Below are positions 34,913 through 48,900 of a stretch of 64,000 nucleotides of DNA, piece by piece. The number at the start of each line of letters is the position of its first letter. Positions within the stretch are counted from its first letter, which is position 1. Source of the DNA: a virus; IMG/VR virus record IMGVR_UViG_3300032297_000372, positions 1 to 64,000 of that record; one strand, 5' to 3'. The position numbers and the translations under genes were made by a program. The notes beneath the pieces are model-generated. The model did no database searches, was not told the origin of the DNA, and saw only the letters and a list, made by a program, of their open reading frames with translations.

Positions 34913-36987
34913 TGGCAAATAGATTAAAAGTAACGGAACTTGATTTTGACCAGATTAAGACCAACTTAAAAAACTTTTTAAAACAACAAAGTGAATTTAC
35001 AGATTACGATTTCGAAGGTGCTGGTCTAAATGTTCTTTTAGATATCTTAGCATATAATACTCACTACAATGCGTATTATTTAAACATGATTGCTAACGAA
35101 TCTTTCATGCACACCGCATTATTGAGAAATTCAGTTGTTGCTCATGCTAAAAAATTAGGTTATACTCCAAGATCAGTTGCAGCCGCAAAAGCAAATATCG
35201 ACTTCACCGTTGTTACTGCCTCATCTACTCCAGAATCTTTGACTTTACCTAGAGGTTATAAGTTTATTTCGAATGCCATCGATGGTGTTCCCTATACGTT
35301 TGTCACATTAGAAGATGTAGTTGTGCAAAAAACAGCAAACAATTTTGTGTTTGGTGATTTAGATATTTACGAAGGGCAATTAGTAACTTATGGGTTTACT
35401 CACAGCGAATCAAGTAATCCTAAACAATCATTCAATCTACCCGATGCAAACATTGATACCTCTACATTAACTGTAGTTGTACGTCAGTCTGTTTCAAATA
35501 CACAATCGTCAATCTATAGTTTAGCTACGGATATTTTATCAGTAACATCCACATCTGAAGTTTATTACTTACAAGAAAGTCAAAACCAAACTTATGACAT
35601 TTATTTTGGTGACGATATCTTAGGTAAAAAATTACCTGACGGTGCAGTTGTAACTGTAAACTATCTAAAAACAAGCGGCCAAAATGCAAACAAATCCTCA
35701 GACTTTGTTGCAACTCAAGCGTTAAATTCATATTCAAACTTTAATATCGTTGTCAATTCTGCCGCATCTGGTGGTAAAGAACGTGAGACTGTTGACGAGA
35801 TTAAATTTGCCGCACCATTACAGTTTACTTCACAGAATCGTGCAGTAACAAAGAACGATTATATTAAATTAATACAACAAAAATACCCTTACTTTGATGC
35901 CGTAAATATTTGGGGTGGTGAAGAGAACGAACCACCAGTTTATGGTAAAGTATTCATATCAGCAAAACCTGCAAATGGGTTTGAACTAACAACAACCGAA
36001 AAAGAACATGTTGTTGAGAATGTACTTAAACCAATCAGTATTTTAACTGTTCGTCCTGAAATTATCGATGTAGATTATAATTTTATTAAAGTATATTCTA
36101 CTATTTACTATGATCCAACAAAAACTCTATTGAATTTGAACATTTTAGAGAACACGGTAAGAACAAAGATACAAAACTTCTGTACATCGAACCTAAATAA
36201 ATTTAATTCATTGTTTAAATCTTCTGGATTAAGAACATCAATTGATTCTTCGGATAATTCTATTCTTTCTAACGAATTAGAGATATTCTTATCGAAAAGA
36301 TTTAATCCAACATTAAATGCTAGTAACGATTACATATTAGATTTTGGTGTAGAATTATCAAGAGGTACAACACTAGATAACTTCTACTCATCACCTAACT
36401 TCACAATGATGGATGAAAATGGTGTTCAGAGATCGTGTTTCTTTGAAGAAGTTCCATCATCATTTACTGGTGTTGAATCGATTACTATATTGAATCCAGG
36501 TATTAATTATACCTCAACACCTACAGTTGAAATTGTTGGTGATGGTACAGGTGCTACTGCTACAGCAGTGATTGTAAATTCAAAATTGCAATCGATTAAA
36601 GTTAATACTCCTGGTATTGGTTATACCACAGCTATTGTTAGAATTACTGGTGGCGGTGGTATTTTAGGAGAAGCTAAGGCTGTATTGGAGAATAGATATG
36701 GCCAAATTAGAATTTCTTATTTTAAACCAGATGAAGTTACTAATCAAAGTACAAAAAATGTTTTATTACCTTTAGCAAATGGTGGCGTTGTCGGTTCTAT
36801 AGATTATCTATTAGGTAAAATAACCATAAATGACTTTGCTCCTTTAGGCATAGATAATGCATTAGGTATAATGACTATTAACGTTAGACCTAAGTCGTCA
36901 GTATTTTATTCACAGAAAAATAAAATGTTGGCTTTTGACATAGAAGACCCGACAAGTGCAGTTGTTACATTAAAAGCTATAAAGTAA
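34912..36987 (+). CDS. gp6: Baseplate wedge gp6
   Basis: LDFDQIK.NL, DYDFEG.GL..LLD.LAYNTHY, AK.LGY.PRS, QNRAVT..DY, WGGE...PP.YGKV. Confidence 0.96.
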   Translation: MANRLKVTELDFDQIKTNLKNFLKQQSEFTDYDFEGAGLNVLLDILAYNTHYNAYYLNMIANESFMHTALLRNSVVAHAKKLGYTPRSVAAAKANIDFTVVTASSTPESLTLPRGYKFISNAIDGVPYTFVTLEDVVVQKTANNFVFGDLDIYEGQLVTYGFTHSESSNPKQSFNLPDANIDTSTLTVVVRQSVSNTQSSIYSLATDILSVTSTSEVYYLQESQNQTYDIYFGDDILGKKLPDGAVVTVNYLKTSGQNANKSSDFVATQALNSYSNFNIVVNSAASGGKERETVDEIKFAAPLQFTSQNRAVTKNDYIKLIQQKYPYFDAVNIWGGEENEPPVYGKVFISAKPANGFELTTTEKEHVVENVLKPISILTVRPEIIDVDYNFIKVYSTIYYDPTKTLLNLNILENTVRTKIQNFCTSNLNKFNSLFKSSGLRTSIDSSDNSILSNELEIFLSKRFNPTLNASNDYILDFGVELSRGTTLDNFYSSPNFTMMDENGVQRSCFFEEVPSSFTGVESITILNPGINYTSTPTVEIVGDGTGATATAVIVNSKLQSIKVNTPGIGYTTAIVRITGGGGILGEAKAVLENRYGQIRISYFKPDEVTNQSTKNVLLPLANGGVVGSIDYLLGKITINDFAPLGIDNALGIMTINVRPKSSVFYSQKNKMLAFDIEDPTSAVVTLKAIK

Positions 36988-39900
36988 ATGTCTATCAATT
37001 ATCTATCACCTCTAGTAGAAAAACAATTACCTGGATTTGTCCGTGAGGAGAATCCAAACTTCGTCACATTTTTGGAGAAATATTATGAGTGGATGGAGAC
37101 TAGTGGTAAACCAATATACGAAAACTATAATTTATTAAACGCTAAAGATATTGATTTAGCTAATGATTATTTTATAAAACAAATTAAAGAAGAATTATTG
37201 CCTTCTTTTCCGGAAGAGATTCTATTAGACGATGTTAAGTTTCTAAAGACAATTAATCAATTCTACAGGTCAAAAGGTACACCAGATTCTATTAAATTTT
37301 TGTTTAAAGTTCTTTATAATGAAAACATAGACATTTATTTCCCTTCTAATGACATTCTAAAATTATCTGATGGTAAATGGGTATTGCCATTAGCATTACG
37401 AGTTGAAACTGCCGATCCTAATATATTCAACTTAGTAAAAACTCAAATACGTGGTACAACTTCAGATGCTACGGCTATAGTTGAGAAAGTAGTAAGCTCT
37501 GTAGATAGAGCATTGGGTATTCAATACATCGAATTATTTGTTTCCAATATTAATCGTTTATTCGCAACTGGTGAAACATTAACTGCATCTTATTTTGACG
37601 GTGAAGATACTATCACCGTTAATTCAAAACTCATCGGTTCTTTATCCGAAATCAAAATTGATCCTAAGAATCGTGGATTGTTTTACAAAGATAATGATCC
37701 ACGTGGACTGTTTTATTATCCAGAAGATATTGAAATACAATACGGCGGTGATCCGGTAACTTTTGTTGGTGGTTTAAATGAAGAAGAAGGATCGAAAGCT
37801 CAACCTGCTGAGGCGGTTGTTGGTGAAGTTCTAAAAGGACAAATTAACGAGATCATCACCGTAGATGGTGGTTTTGGTTTCCGTAGATCGATATACCCCA
37901 ATACATCTATCATTGATTTTAAAGGTGGATTTGCTTCTGGTAGATTGGGTCAAGAATCTAAAGCAGAAATTATTTTGGTTGATGAGAAGAATTATCGTAC
38001 ACTCAATGTTAGTAATATTGAGATACAATCATTTTTTTCCAATACAATCAACTCGATTGATAATGTTGCTAATAACAAAACTATCAATGAGATCACTACA
38101 AAACAATCTTTAAACTTATATTCAATCGCATTCTTATCTGCGGTTTCTTCTGGTGGTGGATATAGCTCTAGACCAGATATTGAAACATATAGTTTATATA
38201 ATGAATCCATAGATGATGAATTAGTTATATCTTCTGCATTTGTTACTCGCAAAACTAACATCATACGTGACAGCACACAAGATTTAACTCAATCGTTAGA
38301 AAAAGGCGATTTAATTCGTTTGTTTGTTAAGAATAGATTTGAACAAGTAGAGACTGTACAAGAAGTAACATCGAATACCTTGACGATTGGTAGTTCATTT
38401 GAAACCAACATCAACAATCTTCAAGTTTATAAAGTACATAGAAGAAACTTAACTCAATTAGGTTCTTTAGGTAGAATTCGAGTTGTCAATGGTGGTAGTA
38501 ACTATAACGTTGGTGACTATTTAATATTCACTTCAAATGGCCGAGGTTATGGCGCAAATGCACAAGTAACTCAAGTCTTTGCTGGTAATAACGGTATTAA
38601 AGCTGCCGAATTCAATGAATCTTCTGCCTATGTTAGAGGTGGTGAAGGTTATACACTTGCAGATTTACCAACAATAACTATCAATAGTGTAACAGGATCA
38701 AATGCTCAGTTGGTTATTCCTGAGATATTAGGTGATGGTGAGAAAGTAGAATTATCTACAAGTAGAATTGGTGCAGTCTCGAAGATCAAGGTTATTAGTT
38801 ATGGTTACGATTACACTTCAGCACCTATAGTATCTTTAAGAAATGCAGATTTATATCTCAGTAATGTAACTGAAGGACTTTTATTTACATCTAATTCAAG
38901 AGTATATCAAGGTACATCAAATACGAATACAACATTCGAAGCTTATTTTGATAAGTATGTTACAGGTAATTCACATGTACGTATTTTCAATTACATTGGT
39001 ACTTTTGATGATACAAAACAATTAAAGTCATTTGATAATACGATTAGTGCAGACATTTATGATTATGTTTTCTTCGGAAACGGTAAAGCGAAGGCCACTG
39101 CTAAATTTGAAAACGGTTTGATTCGTTATCCAGGTATTTACTTGAATGAAGACGGTCAACCAAGTTCAGAGAAAAGATTCCAAGATGCCAATAAGTATCA
39201 TAATTTTTCATATGTTATTAACACTGAAAACGACTATAAGAAATTCTCAAAAACATTATCGGATGTTTTACATCCAGCAGGAACAAAATCTTTTGTAACT
39301 CGTATAAAGAAATTCGATAATGATGTTGCTAGCTTAATAATCACAAGTAATAATTATATAACTACTCCCTTGTCTAATACATTTAACGTTTTTGTCGGAA
39401 CAGGCATTGCTGTGGTCACAGGCAGTTCAGCCAATGTCAACTTAGCATCTTCAATTTCTGTTGGCGACACTATTGTTTTCCGTAATCTTTTAAAGACTTT
39501 AAACGGTACAGTATCATATGTTTCTGGTTCAAATACCATAACAGGTAATGGTACAAACTTTATCAATGACATTTATGATGGTCAAGTAATTAGATTAGTT
39601 TCTGGAAATAGTGAAGTTGTGGCTTATGTCACCAATGCTAATTCAATAATAACACAGAATACTTTAACGTCAACTGTATCAAACGGAACTATTTCTCTAT
39701 ACTATGATGAAGTTGATACTGTAACTTTTGTAAACTCGAATACTATTTTCGTATCTACAATATTCCCATCTAGTGGTTCTTTTGTTTCTGCTAATCTGAA
39801 GATAGACCTTGGTGCAGCATCATCGTTACGTGATATAAGAATTAGTACTGATATTCCTTCTATAAATCTTTATGCTGGTGAAGCAAATAACTTCACACCT

Positions 39901-42900
39901 GTTACTGCATCTGGTGGTATTGGTGGTATTGCCGGATATTTAATAAGTCCTATATTGCCTGATGGATTAGTATTGATTTCTTCTAATGGTAATATTCGTG
40001 GAACACCTACAGTAATCAGAACTCCAACAACATATACTATTACTGCTTATGATAGAAGAAGTCGTGGCGCAAATGCAACATTTACTTTAGGGGTTACACC
40101 ACAACCATTAGTAGCTTTACGGTCAATTGCATCTCGAACAATAAGTGCTAATACATTAGCCACAACATTTAGACCAGTAATACCATCTGGCGGTTATGGT
40201 AGTGTCAGATATACCGTTACTCCATCATTACCATCTGGAGTAACTTTTGATACGTTTACAGGTAATCTTGGCGGTATACCTTCAGTATTAAGAGCTGCTA
40301 ATACATACACTATAAGTTTAGTTGATGATGTAGGTCAAACTTCAAGTAATACATTCTCACTAACTGTAAACGCATTACCAGTAATAACATCAACAATAAT
40401 ATCATCTAGAACATTAACTGCAAATATTAGCAACGCATTTACACCTATAACTGCCACCGGTGGTTATGGTGGATTAACTTATAACATTGCGCCAAGTTTA
40501 CCAACAGGATTGACATTTGATACTGCTAATGGATACATCTTTGGAAATACTGAGACAACTCTAATTGCCAATACATTTACTATAACTGCAAATGACGGAA
40601 CTGGTCAATCAACAAGTAATACATTTAATTTAACTGTAAGTTTACCAACACCAATAACAGCAAGTCTGATTATTGATACTAGAACATTAACAGCTAACAT
40701 TGCTAATTCGTTCACACCTGTAACTGCAACTGGTGGATATGGAAACTTGACCTATAGTATTTCGCCAAGTTTACCAACAGGATTAACATTTAATACCTCG
40801 AACGGTTATATTACTGGTGTTACTTCAGTATTGTCATCTAACACATCATACACTATAAGTTTGGTTGATGAATACATACCAGTTCAAACAGCTTCTAACA
40901 CATTCTTCATGAATGTAGCTCCACCTGCGTTAACAAGTACTATGGCATTAGTAACTCGAAACTTGATAACAAATAGTGCGAACAGTTTTGAAACATTAAC
41001 AGCTTCTGGTGGTTATGGTCAAATAACTTATAGTATTAATCCTGCTCTGCCGTCAGGACTTTCACTGAATACATCTAACGGTTTCATATCAGGAACTCCA
41101 TCGGCGAATACAAATTTAACAACTTACACCGTAACTGCTAATGATGGAGTTGGTCAAACAACAAGTAATACATTCACAATGAAAGTATATACTCAGTTAT
41201 TGACTAGATCATTGATCGCATCTAGAATTTTAAATACTAATGTTGCTAATAGTTTCTTACCAGTTATTGCCGTAGGTCCATCTACATCAGGCGGTAGCGC
41301 AAATGCCTATTATTTTGATGGTGCCAATAGTGGTTTTGTAATAAGAGACTGGTATAATGCTTATCAAATATTTGAAACTGATAACAGTCGTGTTGATGAT
41401 TTTACAGTTGAATTCTGGATTAAAGCAAATGCTGCAAGTCAAACCGCCAACGCTACTATAATACAAACTGATTTTAATTATAAAACTCAACTAGAAATTG
41501 CAGTTGGTTCTGATATTACTGGTGGTGCAGGTAGAATATCATTCTCACCTCTAGCCATAGTAGAAACTGCTAATAGTGGTTACTATGGTGAACCTACTGG
41601 TTTGAAGATAAGTACACCTGGTAATTACTTAGATGATATATGGCATCATGTTGCTTGTGTGAGATATAACGATACAGGTTACATATATGTTGACGGTGTG
41701 TTAGTTGCTAATAGTGCTGCTGGTGCTTGGGATGCGGCCGCACTATATCCTGACGATTATTATTTTGTAGGTTCTGATTTTTATATTGGCCGAGCAGGTC
41801 GTTCTGGAGTCTATCCAGAATTTGAATTACAGGCCGATAATACTTTTGCTGGTTATTTAAGTAATTTTAGAATTTCAAATACAGCAGTATATACAACTAC
41901 ATTTACTCCTTCAACAACTCAATTAACCAGAACAGTAAATACTGCAATATTATTGAATCAAACAACAATTGTCAATAACGGCAGCGCCAGCTTTGGTAGC
42001 ATTGCTGCTAAAACCGTATTACCAACAGTTACTACAGATACGACTGTATTCAGCGCACCTAGCGTTAATTTAACTACAGGTGTAACTTATAGCATTGCAC
42101 CAAGTTTACCAACAGGTTTGACATTTGATACTGCTAATGGATTCATTACGGGTAATTCAGCTCAAACTGTAATTGCTAATACTTACACAGTTTCAGTTAG
42201 TGATGAAAGCGGACAGGTAAATAGCAATACATTTATAATGAGTGTTGTACCTACTTTAGTTCTGAATACAGGTATACCATTTAAGTCATTGGCAGCAAAT
42301 AGTGCAGATGCATTTACACCAGCAAATGTTTCTGGTGGTGCAACACCATACACATATAGCATTACACCAAGTGTACCTACAGGTTTATCGTTCAACACAT
42401 CTAATGGTTATATTAATGGAGCTGCTTCGGTATTATCAGTTAATACCAGTTACACAATAAATGTAACAGATTATCTCTCACAGACAGTTTCAAATACATT
42501 CACCATGAATGTTGCAGCTTCAGCCTTAACAAGTACTATGGCATTATCGTCTAAGAACTTAACAATAGGCATTGCTAATAGTTTCAACACATTAACAGCT
42601 TCTGGTGGTTACGGAACAATAACTTATAACATTGCACCTTCATTACCAGCAGGTTTAACATTCAATATTTCAACTGGTCTAATATCTGGAACAGCATCAG
42701 CTAATACAAACTTAACAACATACACCGTAACTGCTAATGATGGAGTTGGTCAAACAACAAGTAATACCTTCACAATGCAAGTGTATTATCCTTTAGCGAC
42801 TAGAACATTGGTTGCAACTAAAACTTTAAATACTAATGTTGCTAATAGTTTCTTGCCGATCATTGCAGTGTCGGGTTCAACATCCGAAACTTCAAACGTA

Positions 42901-45900
42901 TATTATTTCAACGGCACATCACAAGGTCTCAGATTACCAACTACAAGTAATTTAGATTTTGGTTCTGGTGATTTTACAGTTGAATTCTGGATGAAGGCTG
43001 GAAGCAGTCAAAAAACTTATGCAATGATTACTGATGCACTTGGTAGTAACGATAAAGTTGGTATTGGTGTTGGTATAAACGATGGTAATACAGCAGGTTA
43101 CTTACGATTTAGAGCACAATCTTCGGCCGTTAAGATTTCAAGTACAACATACGTTTTAGATAACCAATGGCATCACATTGCTTGCGTTAAGTCTGGTAAC
43201 AATGGTTATGTATTTGTTGATGGTGTATTAGAGACAAGTACTTCTTCATGGTCTGGTGTAACTAACGCATCATTAAGTGATGGCCAGATTGGTCGTTCAC
43301 GTTTTAGTTCTGGTACCTCTAATGATAACCAATATACTGGTTATATTTCTAACTTTAGAATTATTAAAGGAACTGCTTTATATACCAGTTCATTCTCGGT
43401 ACCGACAACCGTACCAAGTGCAATTGCTAATACCCAATTATTACTCACCAGTGCCAATGGAGCAATCGATAGTAGTAATAACGGATTTACATTAACGGCA
43501 AAAACAGTATTACCAACAGTTTCTACAGACTCAGAAGTATTATCTGGAGCGAGTTTAAATTTAACTACAGGTGTAACTTATAGCATTTCTCCAAGTTTAC
43601 CAACAGGATTAACATTCGATACTGCTAATGGATTTATCACTGGTAATACGGCACAAACAATAATTGCCAATACTTACACAGTTTCAGTTAGTGATACTTC
43701 CGGCCAAACGGCAAGTAATACATTTATAATGAATGTTGTTCCAACACTAACTGTGACTACAGGTATTTTATTCAATTCACTAATAGCAAATTCTGAATAT
43801 GCGTTTACACCTGCAAATGGAGTTTCTGGTATAACTCCATACACTTATAGCATTTCTCCAAGTTTACCAACAGCATTAACATTTGATACGGCTAATGGTT
43901 ATATTAGTGGAACTGCTACCGTATTGTCATCTAATACCAATTACACAATAACAGTAATTGATGATGTTTCACAGATAGCTTCAAATACATTTACTATGAA
44001 TGTTGTTAGTCCGGCATTAACAAGTACTATGGCATTATCTTCTAGGAATTTAAGAACAGGTGTTGCTAATAGTTTCGAAACATTAACAGCTTCTGGTGGT
44101 TACGGAACAATAACATACAGTATCAGTCCAAGTTTACCATCAGGACTTTCACTGAATACATCTAATGGTTTCATATCAGGAACAGCTACATCGAATACAA
44201 GTTTAACAACATACACCGTAACTGCAACTGACGAAGGAAGTCGAACGACAAGCAATACATTTACAATGCAAGTGTTTGCAGAGTTATCCACTGTAACATT
44301 AGTTTCTTCTAAACTGTTTACAAATGTTTCTAATAGTTTCGTACCAGTTATTGCAGTATCTAACTATACGATATCAAATACAACAAATTCAACTGCAAAT
44401 GTTTATAGCTTTGATGGCACATCACAAGGTCTCAGGTTACCAACCACAAGTAATTTACAATTTGGTTCTGACGACTTTACTATTGAATTCTGGATGAAGG
44501 CTGATAGTATTCAGGAACCATATGCTACCATTATGGATGCTACCAACGATAACACAGGAACTGGTATTGGTGTTGGTTATAATGGTACTGGTACTCCTAG
44601 TAAGTTAAATTTCTTTGGTCAAGGTTATGTTGCACCCACATTATCTAGTACAACTACTGTTACAAATAACGTATGGTACCATATTGCCTGCGTCAAATCT
44701 GGTAGCAATGCATATTTGTTTGTTAACGGTGTACTCGAAGCAAACTCAATCGGTGGATGGTCTGGCGTAAATGCTGCAACAATGAGTGATGGCCAGATTG
44801 GTCGTTCACGTTACGGTTCTGGTGATTCGAATGATAACACATACACTGGTTTACTATCCAATATTAGAATTATTAAAGGAACTGCTTTATATACCAGTTC
44901 ATTCTCGGTACCGACAACCGTACCAACTACAATTGCTAATACTCAATTACTATTAACTGGCGCTAACGCAGCAATCGATAGTAGTAATAACGGATTTACA
45001 TTAACGGCAAAATATATATTACCTACAGGCATCACAGATTCATCATTCTTAGTTGTTGCTGGTGAATCACAAAATGCAACCGTGAATTTAACTACAGGTG
45101 TAACTTACAGTATCAGTCCAAGTTTACCTGAAGGAATAATATTGAATACATCCAATGGTTATATTAGTGGATACGCATCAACAGAAATAATTGCTAATAC
45201 TTACACCATAACTGTTAATGACGTTACTGGACAAACAGCAAGTAATACATTTGTGATGAGTGTTATTTTACCAATAAGTACCACGACCATAGTCTCTAAA
45301 ACATTAACAACTAATATCGCTAACTCATTTACACCTGTAACAGCTGAAGGTTATGGCAATGTAACATATAGTATTTCACCAACTTTACCAACAGGATTAA
45401 CATTTGATACTGCTAACGGTTTTGTAACAGGATCAACAGAATTTAATACGAACTTAACAACATACACTGTAACTGCAAGTGATGAATTAAGTCAAACCGC
45501 AAGTAATACATTTATTATGAAAGTTTATCAAACTTTGACAGCTTACACATTGATACCTTTTAGAAGTTTTGCTCCAAATACAGCTAATAGCTTCTTACCG
45601 GTTAGTGTATTGTCGGGAACATCAGAAGGTTCTGCATCAGTAAATGTGTATTACTTTGACGGTGTAAACAAAGCCTTTAAATTACCAGCCACAAGTGATT
45701 TAGCATTTGGTTCTAGTGATTTTACCATTGAATTCTGGATGAAGGGTTCACCTATTCAAGACTACTATGCTATTATTATGGATGCAGGTTATTGGGGTAG
45801 TGTACTCAAAATACAATTTAATGAATCCACTCAAGACGGTTCTATAATATTTAATCCAGATCAAAACTCAGTAGGTCCTTTAGCATCAACAACACTATTA

Positions 45901-48900
45901 AACGATGAAACTTGGCACCATATTGCTTGTGTTAAATCTGGAAATAATGGTTATTTGTTTGTTGATGGTGTACTAGAAGATAGTGCAACTGGTTGGAGTA
46001 GTATAAATTCCACAATGAGTGAAGGTATAATTGGTAGATCAAATTATGCAAATGCTACTCTTAGTGATAATGCATATACAGGTTATCTCAAAAATATTAG
46101 AATATTAAAAGGTACAGCATTATACACAAGTACATTTACACCTCCATCAACAGTAAGCGCAATCGCAAATACAGTTTTATTAGTAAACGGATCAACAATT
46201 ACTGATAGTAGTAATCTAGCTTTATCATTCACTGCAATTACTGTACTGCCTAGTATATCTACAGAAACAATAGGAGCAACATATGAAACGGGCAATTTAA
46301 CTTACAGTATCGCACCAAGTTTACCAACAGGATTAACACTCAATACTGCTAATGGATTTATCACCGGTAATACAGCACAAACAATAATTGCCAATACTTA
46401 CACAGTTTCAATTGGTGATGAAATTGGACAATCATCAAGCAACACTTTCGTAATGAGTATTGTAACTCCATTAAGCATGAGTACAAGTGATACTGAATTA
46501 TCTGTTGGTATTGGATCTAGTTTTAGTTCTACACCTGCAACAGCAACAGGTGGTGTTGGAACAATAACTTATAGTATAGACGGATTAGGTGGCAATACTT
46601 TACCTTACGGATCTACGATAAATTCATCTAATGGTAGAATTTCGGGATTAGTCGCTGTCGAACCTGGAAGAGCAGCTAATGCATATCCATTATTAAGTAC
46701 GATTAAAGTAGTTGCTAATGATAGTTCTAGCCAGCAAGCTTCAAGTGCTAATATACAATTTACTGTTCGTGGTCCATCAGTACCAACATCAATTACAAGT
46801 AGAGCTGTTCGAAGTGTTATAGCAAATACAACATATGCATCAATCAATATTGGTGTAGTGACTGGTGGTTTAGGAGACCTGAAGGGATACATTGTACCTG
46901 TATCTCTTGGAGAATCAAATGCTGCTCTGCATCCATTAGCGTTCTCAAATGCTGTTCCGGGTATGACATGGACATTTGATCCTGCATCTAACACAGTATT
47001 CGTTTCAGGCACACCAACAAAAGCAATTGGTTTCCAATATGGTGTAACAAATAATTTCTTAGGTATACTCATCGAGCCATCAACAACTAGAAGTTTTTAT
47101 ATTCAAGGATTCGATGGAACTAGAAATAGTGGTAAAGGATTTAATAGTAGTTTCGAGTTCAACGTTCAAGCATCACAATTCTATGCTAATACAACAACAT
47201 CAGTTGTAGTGTTTAATACGAAAACCTCGAATACATTTACACCTATAACCGTATCTGGTGGTTATGGAGTAAATGGAAAAATAACATTCGCATTATCTGG
47301 AAATACATTGCCTGCTGGATTATCATTCAGTAATTCTAATGGTGCAATTACAGGTACAGTTTCAAATGTTTATGTTTCGAATACATTTACAATAACTGCT
47401 AATGACGATTCCTTCCAATCAGCATCGAATACATTTACATTACGAGTTGATGCTAGCCCATTAGGAACCATATTATCCGAATCAACAAAAACTCTTGCGT
47501 TAAATACTGCAACGAATTTCACAGTGGTAACAGCAACAGGTGGTGCTGGAATAATAAGCTTTGCTTTAAGTGGTAATACTTTACCTAGCGGTTTAACATT
47601 TGAAACTTCTAACGGTGCAATTATAGGTACACCAACAGTTCTATTAACTGGAAATACCTATACAATTACAGCGAGTGATTCTGTAAGTAATACATCTGCA
47701 CAAACTTTTGTGTTGATTGTTGAAGAGCCAGTATTTAAATATCAGTTAGCTGATGGTGGTTGGATTGCTGATGCTTCTCCTTTAGCTTCTCCAATTTCTT
47801 TAGCTACAGTAAGTCAAACTGGATCACCAACTACAACCAATTCTCCGACAATCAGTACAGATACACCAGCGACTGCGAATGCTTATAGTTTAAATACAGT
47901 GTTTACTAAGTTATTCTACTCAGGAACTAATACTGGATACTTCTTAAATACCGCACCAAATCCAGCATACACATTAGGAAATAGTGATTTTACTGTTGAA
48001 GCTTGGGTTAAATTAACAAACTCCACTTTTGGTCGAGAACAGTTATTGGTAAGAAAAGGTACATTATGGGATTATAGTATGGAAGGTGGTGATCCTGCTA
48101 CCGCTACCGAATTTACAACATCAAATTCAACAGCAATAGTGAGACTGTCTGAGTATGGTTCTAGGAACGCACAATTCGATCCGTTCTTTAATGTAGATGC
48201 ATATGATAATTATGATATAGCAACTTATAGTGGAAAATGGACGCATTTTGCTTTAGTATTTAAGGCTAACACATCAGGCACTACTATTTCAGGAACTAAT
48301 GATGTGGATGCGGGTACAGTAACAATCTTCCTCAATGGTCGACCATATTATACTGAACTTGTACCTTACGCATATGGTGACAATACCATACAAGTTACGG
48401 ATCCTAGTTTATATAATATTGATTTTGGTGGAAATACAGGATTTAATTTTGCACAAACATTAGGTAAAATTTATAAACTGAAAATAAGTGATAAAGTTGT
48501 TTATCCTGTTAATGAATATTTCACACCTACGCCTGATTATGGTGTAGATTCTAATACATTATTCTTCCTAGATGTTGCAGATTCAAGTAATAATTACTAC
48601 ACAAATGCTAATAATTATACTTCGCAGATTAAACTTGTTGATTTTGTGGCTAATACTATGGTAAATCTCGAAAATAATAATGAAGATTCTTTAGCTAATA
48701 CTATTACTTTAAGTGCAGATATACCTTCTGGAGGAAATATCAGTAGTAATAGTTCTCAGACTACAGCTAATGGAAGTGGGTTTGGTTGGTTTATCCAAAA
48801 CTATTATTATAGTTATCTTAATAAAGCTGTTTATAATGTGTATAGTCAGAATTGGACAGTAGAATCATGGTTTAAGTGGTCAACATCAAATTTTGCCAAT

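Noticed and set aside
39870-47730. Repeats as a diversity-generating retroelement (TR/VR) or CRISPR array
   Set aside because: Repeats are in-frame protein-domain duplications; no adenine-specific mismatch pattern noticed, no reverse transcriptase in the window, no repeat-spacer periodicity
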